A stretch of DNA of 26,371 nt from a virus (Duplodnaviria > Caudoviricetes). The DNA lies in the IMG/VR virus record IMGVR_UViG_3300005837_000755, positions 1-26,371 of that record, one strand, 5' to 3'. The number at the start of each line of letters is the position of its first letter. Position 1 is the first letter of the stretch. The notes beneath the pieces were generated by a model that saw only the letters and a list, made by a program, of their open reading frames with translations, was not told the DNA's origin and ran no database searches. Positions 7,932 through 18,900 of the stretch are shown here, piece by piece. Both the position numbers and the translations under genes were made by a program.

Positions 7932-8702
7932 ATGAGTTGCGGACCTAGTAAAGCATTATCGGCATTAGCAGATAAAGTAGATCTTGCTAACGAAAAAATT
8001 GATGAACTTATATTACAACCAACAATTGGAAAACTTGATGATTTAAAACAACAAGCAGAAGACGAACTCAATGGTCTAATGGGAGACTTAGAGGAAATGA
8101 TTCCTGAAATAGATTTAGGTATTGAAATACCCGAGGAATTAAAGTCATTACAAGACGACTTCAAAGATGTAGGTAACTTCCTATTAGTAGGACTTGCCAA
8201 GAAAGACGCACTTGTAAGCAAAATGAAACAAATAGAAAGTAAATGGTCTAGTGTAGACTTAGGCAACTTTAAAGATCTAAATGATATATCATCAGCATTA
8301 AGATCAGGTGCAGCAGATTTAGATGAATTATGTAAATTGTTACCTAACGCACAAGTAAAAGAAAAGGAATATATTATTAAGAAAGGAGATACTTTATCTC
8401 AAATAGCAGCAGATAATGATCTTACAGTACAAGAAATAATGGATAAAAATCCTAGTATTAAAGATCCTAATGTAATACAAGCAGGACAAAAGATTACTAT
8501 ACCTGGAAAACCAGGAGATGCTTTAGATATTTCTATTAAAGGAACACCTTTATCATTCCCTAACTTTGATTTAGGGGCTATAGCATTAGGTGATGATATT
8601 CCTAAAATTAGAAAACCTAAATTTGATTTAGATATAAAAGTTCTTAAAAAAGAAGCAACTGATGATTTCTTTAATTTCAACATACCAAACATTGACTTCT
8701 GA
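7932..8702 (+). CDS. LysM-domain protein, probably virion-associated
   Basis: YIIKKGDTLSQIAADNDLTVQEIMDKNPSIKDPNVIQAGQKITIP (8370-8504) is a canonical LysM. AGGAGG ribosome-binding site at 7921-7926. Confidence 0.8.
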   Translation: MSCGPSKALSALADKVDLANEKIDELILQPTIGKLDDLKQQAEDELNGLMGDLEEMIPEIDLGIEIPEELKSLQDDFKDVGNFLLVGLAKKDALVSKMKQIESKWSSVDLGNFKDLNDISSALRSGAADLDELCKLLPNAQVKEKEYIIKKGDTLSQIAADNDLTVQEIMDKNPSIKDPNVIQAGQKITIPGKPGDALDISIKGTPLSFPNFDLGAIALGDDIPKIRKPKFDLDIKVLKKEATDDFFNFNIPNIDF

Positions 8703-8703
8703 G

Positions 8704-8716
8704 TATAAATACTATT
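8704..8716 (+). promoter_or_regulatory. T4-type late promoter TATAAATACTATT upstream of gp25
   Basis: Extended T4 late consensus fills the intergenic gap and abuts the ATG at 8717. Confidence 0.8.
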
Positions 8717-9121
8717 ATGGCGCTACAAAAACTTAAATTATCAAGAATATATAAAGACTTAGATTTGTCTTTTACAGCCAATGCTTTGTCTGGAGATATA
8801 GGAAAGAAATTTGATGTTAACGCAGTAAAACAATCAGTAAAGAGTTTATTGTTAACAAAACCATCTGAAAAATTCTTTCACCCAGAAAGAGGTTCAATGT
8901 TAGAACAATATTTATTTGAACCAATGTCGCCTGGATTAGAAATATCCTTATCAAAAACCATAGAGTTATTACTAACAAACTATGAACCGAGATGTGAGAT
9001 AATAGATATTAATGTAAATGCTAATTATGATTTAAATTATTATACGGTAACATTAAATTTTTCAGTAATAGGTATTAATGAACCACAGCAATTAACAGTA
9101 CAACTAAGCAGGTTGAGATAG
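8717..9121 (+). CDS. gp25: Baseplate wedge subunit gp25
   Basis: YKDLDLSF...D.NAVKQSVKSLLLT...EKFFHPE.GS.L...LFE...YEPR motif. Confidence 0.92.
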   Translation: MALQKLKLSRIYKDLDLSFTANALSGDIGKKFDVNAVKQSVKSLLLTKPSEKFFHPERGSMLEQYLFEPMSPGLEISLSKTIELLLTNYEPRCEIIDINVNANYDLNYYTVTLNFSVIGINEPQQLTVQLSRLR

Positions 9122-9125
9122 GAAA

Positions 9126-11330
9126 ATGGCACAATTAAATGTATCAGAATTAGACTTTGATAATATCAAAGCAAACTTAAAAACTTTTTTAAAGGCACAG
9201 ACAGAGTTTTCAGATTATAACTTTGAAGGCTCAGGTATGAATGTTATACTAGATCTTTTAGCATACAATACACATTACAATGGTATGTTAGCACACATGC
9301 TTGCAAATGAAAACTTTATAGACACAGCAGTTAAAAGAGAATCAGTAGTTTCAATAGCAAAAGCATTGGGTTATGTACCCAGATCACGAAGAGGGGCTAT
9401 ATCAAAAGTTAATCTTTCTATAGAACCACCTGACAGTTTTACAAGTACAACATTAGAAATATCTAGAGCTAAGCCTTTTTCAACAACTGTAGATGGAAAC
9501 ACATATACATTTTATCCTACACAATCTACAACAGTTAATGCTACAACAGCAGGAGGCGTAGGGCCTTATTATCTATATGGAACAGGTGTACTTCCAGCAT
9601 CAGCAACAGATCAAAAAGGATTTTACTATCCTGTTTATCTAACAGAAGCAGCAGCAGTTGCAGCAGATACAGGTGGAACAGGAGCAACGACATATACATT
9701 TAAAGAGTATTCAGGCACAAGTTTTTATATGCCTAATAGTAGTATCAATGCTTATAAAGAAACATTAGGAACAGTTACAACAAACAATGCAGGCATAACA
9801 ATAGACAGTGGTTTATCATATGGTAGATATACAGGGCAGTCATCAACTTCACCTAAAAAAACACAATTTAATTTTAATTTGTTGGAAATTAAAGAAGGAA
9901 CAAGAGTAGAAAATAAATTTATTGTTGAGACTGCAAATCTTCAAGGACCTTTTGTAATACCTAATATAGCAGCAGATACAGATACATTAAGAGTAAGAGT
10001 ACAGAACTCAGCATCTGATTTAACTATTATTACTTACACAAAATCTGATAAGTTATTAGATGTAAAATCAGACACTAAAACATTTTGGTGTGAAGAGGGA
10101 GCAGATGGTTTATATCAATTAAGATTTGGTGACGACACAATAGGCAAAAAATTATCAACAGGTAATATTGTTATTGTTGATTATATTGTTTCTAGCGCAT
10201 CATTAGCAAACTTTGCTAAAACATTTACACTAAGCTCTGCAGTTTCGGCTTCAGGAGAAGCAAGAACATTAGACACAGCAATAGCAGCTTATGGTGGAGC
10301 ATCAAAAGAAAGTGTTGATGAAATTAGATACAATGCCCCAAAATATAACGCAGCAAAAGAAAGAGCTGTAACATCATCAGATTACGAAGCACTTATATTA
10401 CAAAGTAATAACAATATACAATCTGTTTCTGTGTGGGGAGGAGAGAAAAACGATCCTCCTATATATGGTAAAGTTTTTATATCTTTAAATCCTCAAACAG
10501 GTTCAATTATTACAGAAGCAGATAAAGACAATATTAAAACTTCTATAATAGACCCTAAAACACCAGTAGCTATTATTCCAGAATTTGTAGATCCAGAATT
10601 TATTCATTTAGGATTAGATATAAACATAGCATATAATCCTAAACTTACAACACTAAGCAAAGGTGAATTGGAAAACGCAGCTAATATAGCAGTTAATAAT
10701 TATTTTAATACTGACTTAAATAAACTTAATAAAAGTTTCTACAATACAAAACTGCATGATGGTGTTAAAGCAGTTTCAGAATCTATTATTGCTATTGGCA
10801 TTACAACAAGACTACAGAAAAGAATTAAACCTGACTTAGCAGTAACAAAGAATTATTCAATACAATTTAATCAAAGATTACAACCTAGAGAACTAACAAG
10901 CTCATATTTTAATATAACATCGGGCGGTTCAAATCATAAAGTATCTCTAGTAGATGTACCTGCTTCAACAGTAGTACCGCCTTTATATAGCGGAACAGGA
11001 ACAGTTAATGCAGTTAAAGCAGACGGCTCTATAGTAGCAGCAGTAGGCACTATCGATTATGACTCTGGTACAATTTCAATACCATCAATGATAGTTGCAT
11101 CTTTATATGAAAACGAATTAAAATTAAGAATCAATGCAGTAACACAAAGAGATGTTAGAGATATTACAACACAAGCTCTAGTTAGAACCTCTGATACTTC
11201 TACAGCAGCAGTGGTTGCTAAACCAAGTAGAAATACAGTTTTAACTTTAGATGATAGTGTAACAAATTCTACTATTAATACAAAAGTAGGATTGAATATA
11301 TCAGCAACTCCTGAAGTCGAAGAGATCTAA
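9126..11330 (+). CDS. gp6: Baseplate wedge subunit gp6
   Basis: [37 protein letters not shown]-terminus; FGD...[12 protein letters not shown]...RAVT..DY and WGGE.NDPP.YGKVFI motifs. Confidence 0.95.
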   Translation: MAQLNVSELDFDNIKANLKTFLKAQTEFSDYNFEGSGMNVILDLLAYNTHYNGMLAHMLANENFIDTAVKRESVVSIAKALGYVPRSRRGAISKVNLSIEPPDSFTSTTLEISRAKPFSTTVDGNTYTFYPTQSTTVNATTAGGVGPYYLYGTGVLPASATDQKGFYYPVYLTEAAAVAADTGGTGATTYTFKEYSGTSFYMPNSSINAYKETLGTVTTNNAGITIDSGLSYGRYTGQSSTSPKKTQFNFNLLEIKEGTRVENKFIVETANLQGPFVIPNIAADTDTLRVRVQNSASDLTIITYTKSDKLLDVKSDTKTFWCEEGADGLYQLRFGDDTIGKKLSTGNIVIVDYIVSSASLANFAKTFTLSSAVSASGEARTLDTAIAAYGGASKESVDEIRYNAPKYNAAKERAVTSSDYEALILQSNNNIQSVSVWGGEKNDPPIYGKVFISLNPQTGSIITEADKDNIKTSIIDPKTPVAIIPEFVDPEFIHLGLDINIAYNPKLTTLSKGELENAANIAVNNYFNTDLNKLNKSFYNTKLHDGVKAVSESIIAIGITTRLQKRIKPDLAVTKNYSIQFNQRLQPRELTSSYFNITSGGSNHKVSLVDVPASTVVPPLYSGTGTVNAVKADGSIVAAVGTIDYDSGTISIPSMIVASLYENELKLRINAVTQRDVRDITTQALVRTSDTSTAAVVAKPSRNTVLTLDDSVTNSTINTKVGLNISATPEVEEI

Positions 11331-13834
11331 TGACTGATTATATACCATCACATTATAGATTTGTATCGTCTATAACGATAACAGCCGGAGGAACAGGTTA
11401 TAATAATGTTCCTACGATTACTATAAGTGGTGGAGGAGGAACAGGAGCAACAGCAACTGCTGAGATATATAGTGGAGCAGTTACAAAAATAACAGTTACA
11501 AACATAGGCTCAGGCTATACATCTACACCAACAATTACAATAACACCACATGCTAGTGATACAACAGCAACAGGAGCAACAGCTTCTGCTATTTTAGATG
11601 CCGCACAGGGCACAACATTATCAGAATATAGAAACACATCTTACAATGTTAAAAATCAAATACCTGAATGGGTAAGAGATGATAATCCAAATTTTGTAAC
11701 ATTTTTAGAAAAATATTATACTTTTATGGATACAGACGGCAATGCTGGTTCAGAAGTATTAAACTACACAAACAATATAGATTACGCAGAAGAAGCGTTC
11801 TTAGAAAAATGGCGTAAAGCTCTAACATCAGACTTTCCTAAATCCATTCAAATGGATAAACCTCTCTTTTATAAAAGAGCTAAAGACTTTTATGAATCTA
11901 AAGGTAGTAGACGATCTATAGAATTGTTCTTTAGAGCAATGTATGGCGAAGAAGTTACTGTAGATTATCCAGGACAATACACACTTAAACCTTCAGACGG
12001 AATTTATAGTGTAGAACGAGCGCTTAAATTACAAGAAGCAGAACATGGTGGTGTAAAAGAACCATTAGAACTTACAGGTAAAAAGATTGATATTCGTTAC
12101 TACGAAACAACAGGGTCAGTAACAATTTTAAAAACTCTTGGAGCAACAGTAAAAAGAGTAGAAAAGAACACATATCAAACAAACGGATTAACACTACAAC
12201 GATTTGAGTTAATTGTAGATTTTGATACAGCAACAACTAAAGTCGTAGGACCAGGTGCTGGAGCCTCAGCAACTGCTACAGTAAGTGGTGGAGCAGTTAC
12301 AGGGTTTACAGTATCACAGGGCGGTGGAGGTTATGACTCAGCACCAATTGTATCAGTATTCCACGAAGACGGATCTGGAGCTACAGGAACAGCAACAGTA
12401 TCAAATGGTGTTGTAACAGGTATCAATTTAACAGCAGGAGGCTCTGGATATACTAGTGCACCTACTGTAGAATTTAATACAAACGATTACAAAACTTATG
12501 TCGTAGATGATGGTGCAGCAAATAGCGCAGCAGATATTTACGGCTATCTTGTTAGAGTATTAACAGGAGTAACATATAAGTCTTACGCCGGCTCAGCAGC
12601 AGATGCTGGTTTTAAAGTAGGACAGATTTATTTAATAAACGAAACAGGAGATGACGGTAGAGGATATGCAGTAACAGGTTATTTTGCTGAAGACTACACA
12701 TTTAAAGGTGGAGCTAATGACGCTTATGTAAGAGTTACAGCTATAGACACAGCAGGTAAACCAACAGCATTTACAGTTATCAATCCTGGTTCAACATTTT
12801 TAAATGCTACAACAGATATCTTACTTACATCTCCAAACGGAGAACAAGTAACTGTTACCATTACAACCGGATACCTTTTTGAATATGAAGGTAAATGGAA
12901 AGATGATAGAGGAAAAATATCAGATGTAAATGTAATACAAGACAACAAAAGATATCAACCATATTCATATATTATTAAATCCAATGTTGCACAAACAACA
13001 TGGGATAGAAGTTTAAGAGACACAGTACATCCAGCAGGTATGGAAGTATTTGGTGATCTTATTATTAAGAGTGAAATACTCTTTAACCCAGAATTTATAG
13101 TAGAAACCACAGGAACTATATTCTATAAATTCATAGCTACTGATCTTGTTTCTACTTCTGAAACAATAGCGAAAGTATTTGCCGTTGCTTACACCGATGC
13201 GCCAACAGCAACAGAAAGTCACGGCATTGCCTTTACAATGGGCACATTAACAAATCAAGTTTCAGGACAAGACCAAGGCAGTAGTCCTTATTGCGTAACT
13301 GGTTATTGGAATGATGGCACAGATGGAAATGACGCAGACAACTATAACATAGGAGATGAACAATTCTCTTATGCTATGTCTAAACCATTAGCAGACTCTG
13401 CAACAACTTCTGATAGTCTAATTCCAACTACAACTTGGACTAGAACATTTACTGAATCGCCTAATGTAACAGAAGAATTCCTAATAGGACAAACTAGGGA
13501 ATTTGCAGAATCATTATCAGCAGCACAAACATTCGCAGTATTAGCTTCACTCACTAAGACAGAAACATTATCTGTAAGTGACTCTAATACATTAGGAATT
13601 AATAAAGCAGTTTCGGAAACAAAAACGGCTTCTGAAGCTCTAGACAGTATAAATACAAGTAAAGGAATAACTGATACAGGTAGTATCACAGAGTCCGTAG
13701 CACAAGCACTAAGTAAACCAGCAGTAGCTGATAGTGTAGCGGCAACAGACGTAGGAGTGGGTTCAGTACAAGACTATGTAGACCCTACATACCTAAGTGA
13801 AGACTATGTTGGTGTTGGTTGGAACATTACATAA
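11330..13834 (+). CDS. gp7: Baseplate wedge initiator gp7-like, with Gly-rich repeat modules and a C-terminal extension
   Basis: [35 protein letters not shown] and IQD...YQ.YSY.IKS...W...L...VHPAG..VFG motifs; TAATG-coupled to gp6. Confidence 0.75.
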   Translation: MTDYIPSHYRFVSSITITAGGTGYNNVPTITISGGGGTGATATAEIYSGAVTKITVTNIGSGYTSTPTITITPHASDTTATGATASAILDAAQGTTLSEYRNTSYNVKNQIPEWVRDDNPNFVTFLEKYYTFMDTDGNAGSEVLNYTNNIDYAEEAFLEKWRKALTSDFPKSIQMDKPLFYKRAKDFYESKGSRRSIELFFRAMYGEEVTVDYPGQYTLKPSDGIYSVERALKLQEAEHGGVKEPLELTGKKIDIRYYETTGSVTILKTLGATVKRVEKNTYQTNGLTLQRFELIVDFDTATTKVVGPGAGASATATVSGGAVTGFTVSQGGGGYDSAPIVSVFHEDGSGATGTATVSNGVVTGINLTAGGSGYTSAPTVEFNTNDYKTYVVDDGAANSAADIYGYLVRVLTGVTYKSYAGSAADAGFKVGQIYLINETGDDGRGYAVTGYFAEDYTFKGGANDAYVRVTAIDTAGKPTAFTVINPGSTFLNATTDILLTSPNGEQVTVTITTGYLFEYEGKWKDDRGKISDVNVIQDNKRYQPYSYIIKSNVAQTTWDRSLRDTVHPAGMEVFGDLIIKSEILFNPEFIVETTGTIFYKFIATDLVSTSETIAKVFAVAYTDAPTATESHGIAFTMGTLTNQVSGQDQGSSPYCVTGYWNDGTDGNDADNYNIGDEQFSYAMSKPLADSATTSDSLIPTTTWTRTFTESPNVTEEFLIGQTREFAESLSAAQTFAVLASLTKTETLSVSDSNTLGINKAVSETKTASEALDSINTSKGITDTGSITESVAQALSKPAVADSVAATDVGVGSVQDYVDPTYLSEDYVGVGWNIT

Positions 13835-13852
13835 ACATATTAGGAGATAAAA

Positions 13853-14296
13853 ATGTTTAAAAAAGAGGAAACTAAAGCAACAGGTAAGCTTACAGTTGAA
13901 ATCAAAGACAAGCACGGTAATGTAAAAGAAACTAGGGAAGCTACAAACTTAGTAGTCTCAGCTGGTTTGGATTTTATTGCATCTAGAATGAAAGATGCTA
14001 CAGCAACAGCTATGTCTCACATGGCTATTGGTACAGGTTCTACAGCAGCAGCTTCTGGAAACACAACTCTAGGAACTGAATCTGCCCGTCAAGCTCTTAC
14101 AAGCACAACAGTTAATAACAATGCTGTTTCTTATGTTGCATCTTTTGCAGCAGGAACAGGTACTGGCGCTATCACAGAGGCTGGTATTTTAAACAACTCT
14201 ACAGGTGGTACACTACTATGTAGAACAGTTTTTTCCGTTGTTAACAAAGGTGCAAGTGATTCAATGACAATTACTTGGACAATAACTATTTCTTAA
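13853..14296 (+). CDS. Tail-collar / fibre-attachment-like structural protein
   Basis: NLVV..G...IA......SHMAIGTG......T.L..E..R...ITEAGI......L..R..F..VNK...D...ITWTI pattern, as in tail-fibre N-terminal collar domains. AGGAG ribosome-binding site. Confidence 0.55.
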   Translation: MFKKEETKATGKLTVEIKDKHGNVKETREATNLVVSAGLDFIASRMKDATATAMSHMAIGTGSTAAASGNTTLGTESARQALTSTTVNNNAVSYVASFAAGTGTGAITEAGILNNSTGGTLLCRTVFSVVNKGASDSMTITWTITIS

Positions 14297-14305
14297 GGGA
14301 AATAA

Positions 14306-15898
14306 ATGGCACTAATACTTCGTAGACTAGGCAGGGTAGAATTAGCTCGTACATTCCACAGGGATATTAAAAACAATAACGACTATTTCCACTTTGCCGT
14401 TGGTAGGACAACAGCTTGGACAGATGATACTGTTCCTGAAACTCCTATTGATTCAGACTCTTACATATCAGAGTTTAGAAGAAGTATGATGTTTACCCAA
14501 AGAATTGATTCGTCAGATGTGTGTCTACTTGCCAAGCGCAGAAATTGGACAAGTGGCACCGTCTACGATGAGTATGATGATAATTATTCATCTACAACAC
14601 AATCTAATTCAGGGGCAACAACATTAGCAGACGCTACATTTTTTGTAATGACAGATGAATTTAAAGTCTACAAATGTATTAGTAATAATTTTAATGGCAC
14701 CTCAACAGTTAAACCTACAAGTACAGGAACATCTGTATTTGAATTATCAGACAAATATAACTGGAAATTTATGTTTCAAATCTCAGCATCAGACCAAACA
14801 AAGTTTTTAGATGCAGATTATATACCTGTTAGAAAATTAACAGGAAATCCTACACACGATGTTACAGGAGAAATAGATAGTATTACAGTAGACTCTGGTG
14901 GTTCAGGTTATACAACAGCACCAACAGTAGTAATATCTGGAGACGGTGATGGATTAGCAACAGGTACTGCATCAATAAGTGGTGGAGCAGTTTCATCTGT
15001 TACTATTAATACATCAGGCTCTGGTTTTAGTTTTGCTTTTGTATCATTCACAGGCGGTGGTGGTTCTGGAGCAACAGGAACTGTTAATTTAGGAGACGCA
15101 GATTCACTTCCAGCATTACAAAGTGCTGTAGAAGGAGCAGCAGTAAGTGGTACATTAGATAGAGTAACTATTACAGCACCAGGTAAAGATTACGCACAAG
15201 GCGATGTTCAAATTTCAGTAACAGGAGATGGTTCTGGAGCAGAAGCAAGTGCTTATGTAAATTCAGCAACAGGTGCATTAACAGAAATAAGAGTTACAAA
15301 TCCTGGATCAGGCTATTCATACGCAGACATAGTTATTACAAACACATCAGCACCAGGAACAGGTGCAACAGCAAGAGCAGTTATAAGTCCACAAGGTGGA
15401 CATGGTTCCAACGCAGTCAGAGAACTGTTTGCACATAATTTAGGTTTAACAGTTTCATTCTCAGACAACGACAATAGAGATTTAATATTAGGCAATGACT
15501 TTAGACAAATTGGCCTAATTAAAAACATTACCACACCAGGTGATGTAGTATATACAACGAACACAGCTACTGCATGTCATATTGTAAATGTGGCATCAGG
15601 GCAAACAAGTAATTACGCAGCAGACGATATAATTACTACAGACGATGGAGGCAAATTTAGAGTCATACAAATAGACGAAACAAATAGAAATATTTACATG
15701 ACAGCAGAAATTCCTCTAATAACGAATTCATCAACATTAACAAATTCTACTCAAAGTATCAGCAGTCTGAGTATAAATAGTTACACAGCACCAGAAGTTA
15801 AAAATTCTTCAGGTGAAATAATTTATTTAGACAATAGATCTCCTGTTATAAGATCAGCAGATCAAGTAGAACAAGTAAAGGCACTAATTAGGTTTTAA
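14306..15898 (+). CDS. gp8: Baseplate wedge subunit gp8
   Basis: R.NWTSGTVYD.Y, FFVMTDEFKVYKCISN, Y.WKFM, ISP.GGHG..A..EL, NDFRQIGLIKN and SGEIIYLDNR.P..R..DQ.E..K motifs. Confidence 0.9.
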   Translation: MALILRRLGRVELARTFHRDIKNNNDYFHFAVGRTTAWTDDTVPETPIDSDSYISEFRRSMMFTQRIDSSDVCLLAKRRNWTSGTVYDEYDDNYSSTTQSNSGATTLADATFFVMTDEFKVYKCISNNFNGTSTVKPTSTGTSVFELSDKYNWKFMFQISASDQTKFLDADYIPVRKLTGNPTHDVTGEIDSITVDSGGSGYTTAPTVVISGDGDGLATGTASISGGAVSSVTINTSGSGFSFAFVSFTGGGGSGATGTVNLGDADSLPALQSAVEGAAVSGTLDRVTITAPGKDYAQGDVQISVTGDGSGAEASAYVNSATGALTEIRVTNPGSGYSYADIVITNTSAPGTGATARAVISPQGGHGSNAVRELFAHNLGLTVSFSDNDNRDLILGNDFRQIGLIKNITTPGDVVYTTNTATACHIVNVASGQTSNYAADDIITTDDGGKFRVIQIDETNRNIYMTAEIPLITNSSTLTNSTQSISSLSINSYTAPEVKNSSGEIIYLDNRSPVIRSADQVEQVKALIRF

Positions 15899-15901
15899 CA
15901 A

Positions 15902-18900
15902 ATGGCATTAAATTTAAACGCATCACCATATTACGACGATTTTAGCGACAGTAAAAATTTCCATAGGGTTTTATTTAAGCCAGGTGTTGCAGTACAAGCA
16001 AGAGAGCTTACACAATTACAAACACTATTACAAGATCAACTTGCTAAAGGTTTTGGTTTTGTATTACAAGAAGGTGCAGTAGTAACAGGGTGTACAGAAC
16101 AAAAATTAGTTAGAGATTGGGTAAAGATATTTGATACAGACAACTCCTCGGTTGCAGTAGATAATAATACTCTAGCTAATTATGTAGGAGATACACTAAC
16201 AGGTGCAACTACTGGTCTAACAGCAACTATTACAAATGTTGCAACAGGTACACAAGCAGCAGCACCTGCTACTAAGAAATTATATTTTAATTATACAAAT
16301 GGACACGCAACATATACTGGTTTCCAAGAGTCAGAAGTTCTAACAGTTACTTCTACAGACTCAGGTAGAAACGGAGATACTTTTGTTGTTTATACAGGAA
16401 CATCTAATACACAAAAGAAAAACAACTATTCAGGACAAACTGTAGAATATGTTCTTGCACCAGGTGTTATATATGCTCGTGGTAATTTCATTAAAACAAA
16501 TAAAATTAGATGTCTTGCTAACAGATATAGTGAACTAGCTAATGCAGAAATAGGTTTTGTAGTAGCAGAATCAACTGTTGGTTCAGCAACAGACACATCA
16601 CTACTAGATCCTGCACAGGGCTCATTTAACTATAACGCTCCAGGAGCTGATAGACTTAAATTTGATGTTACACTAAATTCTTATGCAGAAGGAGATACTA
16701 AACCTGAAAACTTTTATCTTTATATTAAACATGAATTTGGTGGAGCAGTTAGATCTAGAGTAAAAGACAATCCTTTATCGGGTGTAGGACAAGTTTTAGC
16801 AAATAGAACTTATGACGAATCAGGTAACTATACAGTCAAAGGAAACAATATAGATTTAAGAGAACACTTACAAAACGCAGCAAATACAAATGGAGGTGTT
16901 TACACATCTGCTAAAGGCGGTAAATCAAGTGCGCTTGTATTAGGAGTATCACCAGGTATAAGTTATGTAGGTGGTTTTAAAAGAGAACTATTATCAACAA
17001 AAAGAATTAACTTACAAAAACCAAATGATTTTATAACTAGAGAATCTATTCCTATTTCAACATCTTTTGGTAACTATGTTAATCTAACTTATGTTTCAGG
17101 AATATGGGATATAGATGGTGGTGGCTCTGTAGATTTATATGACACAGTACAAAACGGAGCAAGTTCAGCAGCAGGAACAAAAGTAGGAACAGCAAAAGCT
17201 AGACATTTAGTTTACTCTAGTGGTACAGCAGGAGCTACAGCAGCACAATACAAACTTTATCTATATGATATACAGATGACAGGAAGTGATTTCCAATCTG
17301 TTAAAGGTATTAGATATGAAAATACAATGGCAGATGGTATTGGTAACCTTGTATTAGAAAATACTATAGCAGTATTAAAAGAAACAAAACAGAACAAATT
17401 ATTGTTTGCAATGCCAAACAATAACATTAAGACATTAGCATCTGATGTAGGCAACACATACGATCACAGTTTCCAATACACAAAAGAATATGATGTATCC
17501 TTAGATGCAAGTGCAGGTAATGTTACAATAACAACAACGGGAGATGAAACTTTCCCATACGATACCTCAGGAACAGAATTAACAGACACAATTAAAAAGG
17601 CAAATATTATAGTCGTATCAAAAGACGGCTATACTCAAAACAGTGCTACAATAGCAGCAGGACAATATATAGACTTAACAGCAGGAACATCTTCAGTTAC
17701 TTGCGCTTCAGCTACTTCGATGACAATAGATTTAGGTGGAGCTGTAACAGTAGGTAGTGGTTCATTAGATGTTAGAGTTTATGTTAATGTATTAAAAACA
17801 GACGCATCTCCTGTAGCAAAAGCACTTGTTAAAGACAGATATGTAAAAATAGATACTAGTTCACACATAAATTCAACAACAGGTATCTATAACTTAGGAC
17901 TATCTGATGGTTACCAATTACAATCAGTTACAGCAGGTACCAATTCAGACTATACAACAGGACAAGTAGACTACACAGATCAATTTAGATTTATTAATGG
18001 ACAGCAAGACAACTTCGTAGGACAGGCAAAAATAGCATTAAAGAGTACAAGTTCATTAAATCTAACTACAAACAAATATATTGTCGTTAAGGTTTCACAC
18101 TTTACACAAACAATATCATCAGCAACATTCCATTGTGTAGATAGTTATCCAGTAGATGATAGTTCAAGTCCAGCAGCAAACACAATTAGAACAGAAGACA
18201 TACCAATTTATAGATCTAATGTCCATGGAGATTTTGATTTAAGAAATACAATTGACTTTAGACCTAGAGCAGTAGACACAGCAACATCAACATCAACATT
18301 AGGAAGCGCCTCTGTAAATCCTTCAGCCAATGAAGCCATTGACAGACCAGGTAATGGCTTAACTAATCCTGTACCAGTAAAAACATTTACAACGGATTAC
18401 AACTATTACAGAGGCAAAAATATAAGAGTTATCCTAGACAATGATGGAGCAATTAGAGTATTAGAAGGAGCATACTCAGACGATCCTACATTCCCTGCAG
18501 AGCCAGAGAAATGTATGACACTTGCAACAGCAGAATTAAAACCACACCCATGTTTATCTCCAAGTGAAGCAAAGAGAGTAGGAAGACCTGACTTAGGATG
18601 TACAGTTACACAACAGGCACAAAAACGCTTTACAATGAGAGATATTGGCGTACTAGAACAAAGAATTAAAAACTTAGAATATTACGCATCATTAAATTTA
18701 TTAGAAAACTTTGCTAAAGATCAAACTATTGTAAACTCTAGTGGATTGGATAGATTTAAGAATGGTATATTAGTAGACGCATTTACAGGACACAATGTAG
18801 GAGCAGTATTAGATCCTGATTATCACATTGCTATAGATCCTAAATTAAAACATGCTAGACCTTTCTTTAAAATGGAATCTATTCCGTTAAGTTCACATAC

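Noticed and set aside
7415-8266. 283-aa antisense ORF, and similar ones at 942-1331, 8399-8692, 13369-13689, 19936-20535 and 22358-22825
   Set aside because: They lie opposite well-supported genes, are rich in Ser/Ile/Val/Pro as expected for shadow frames, and show no recognisable motifs.
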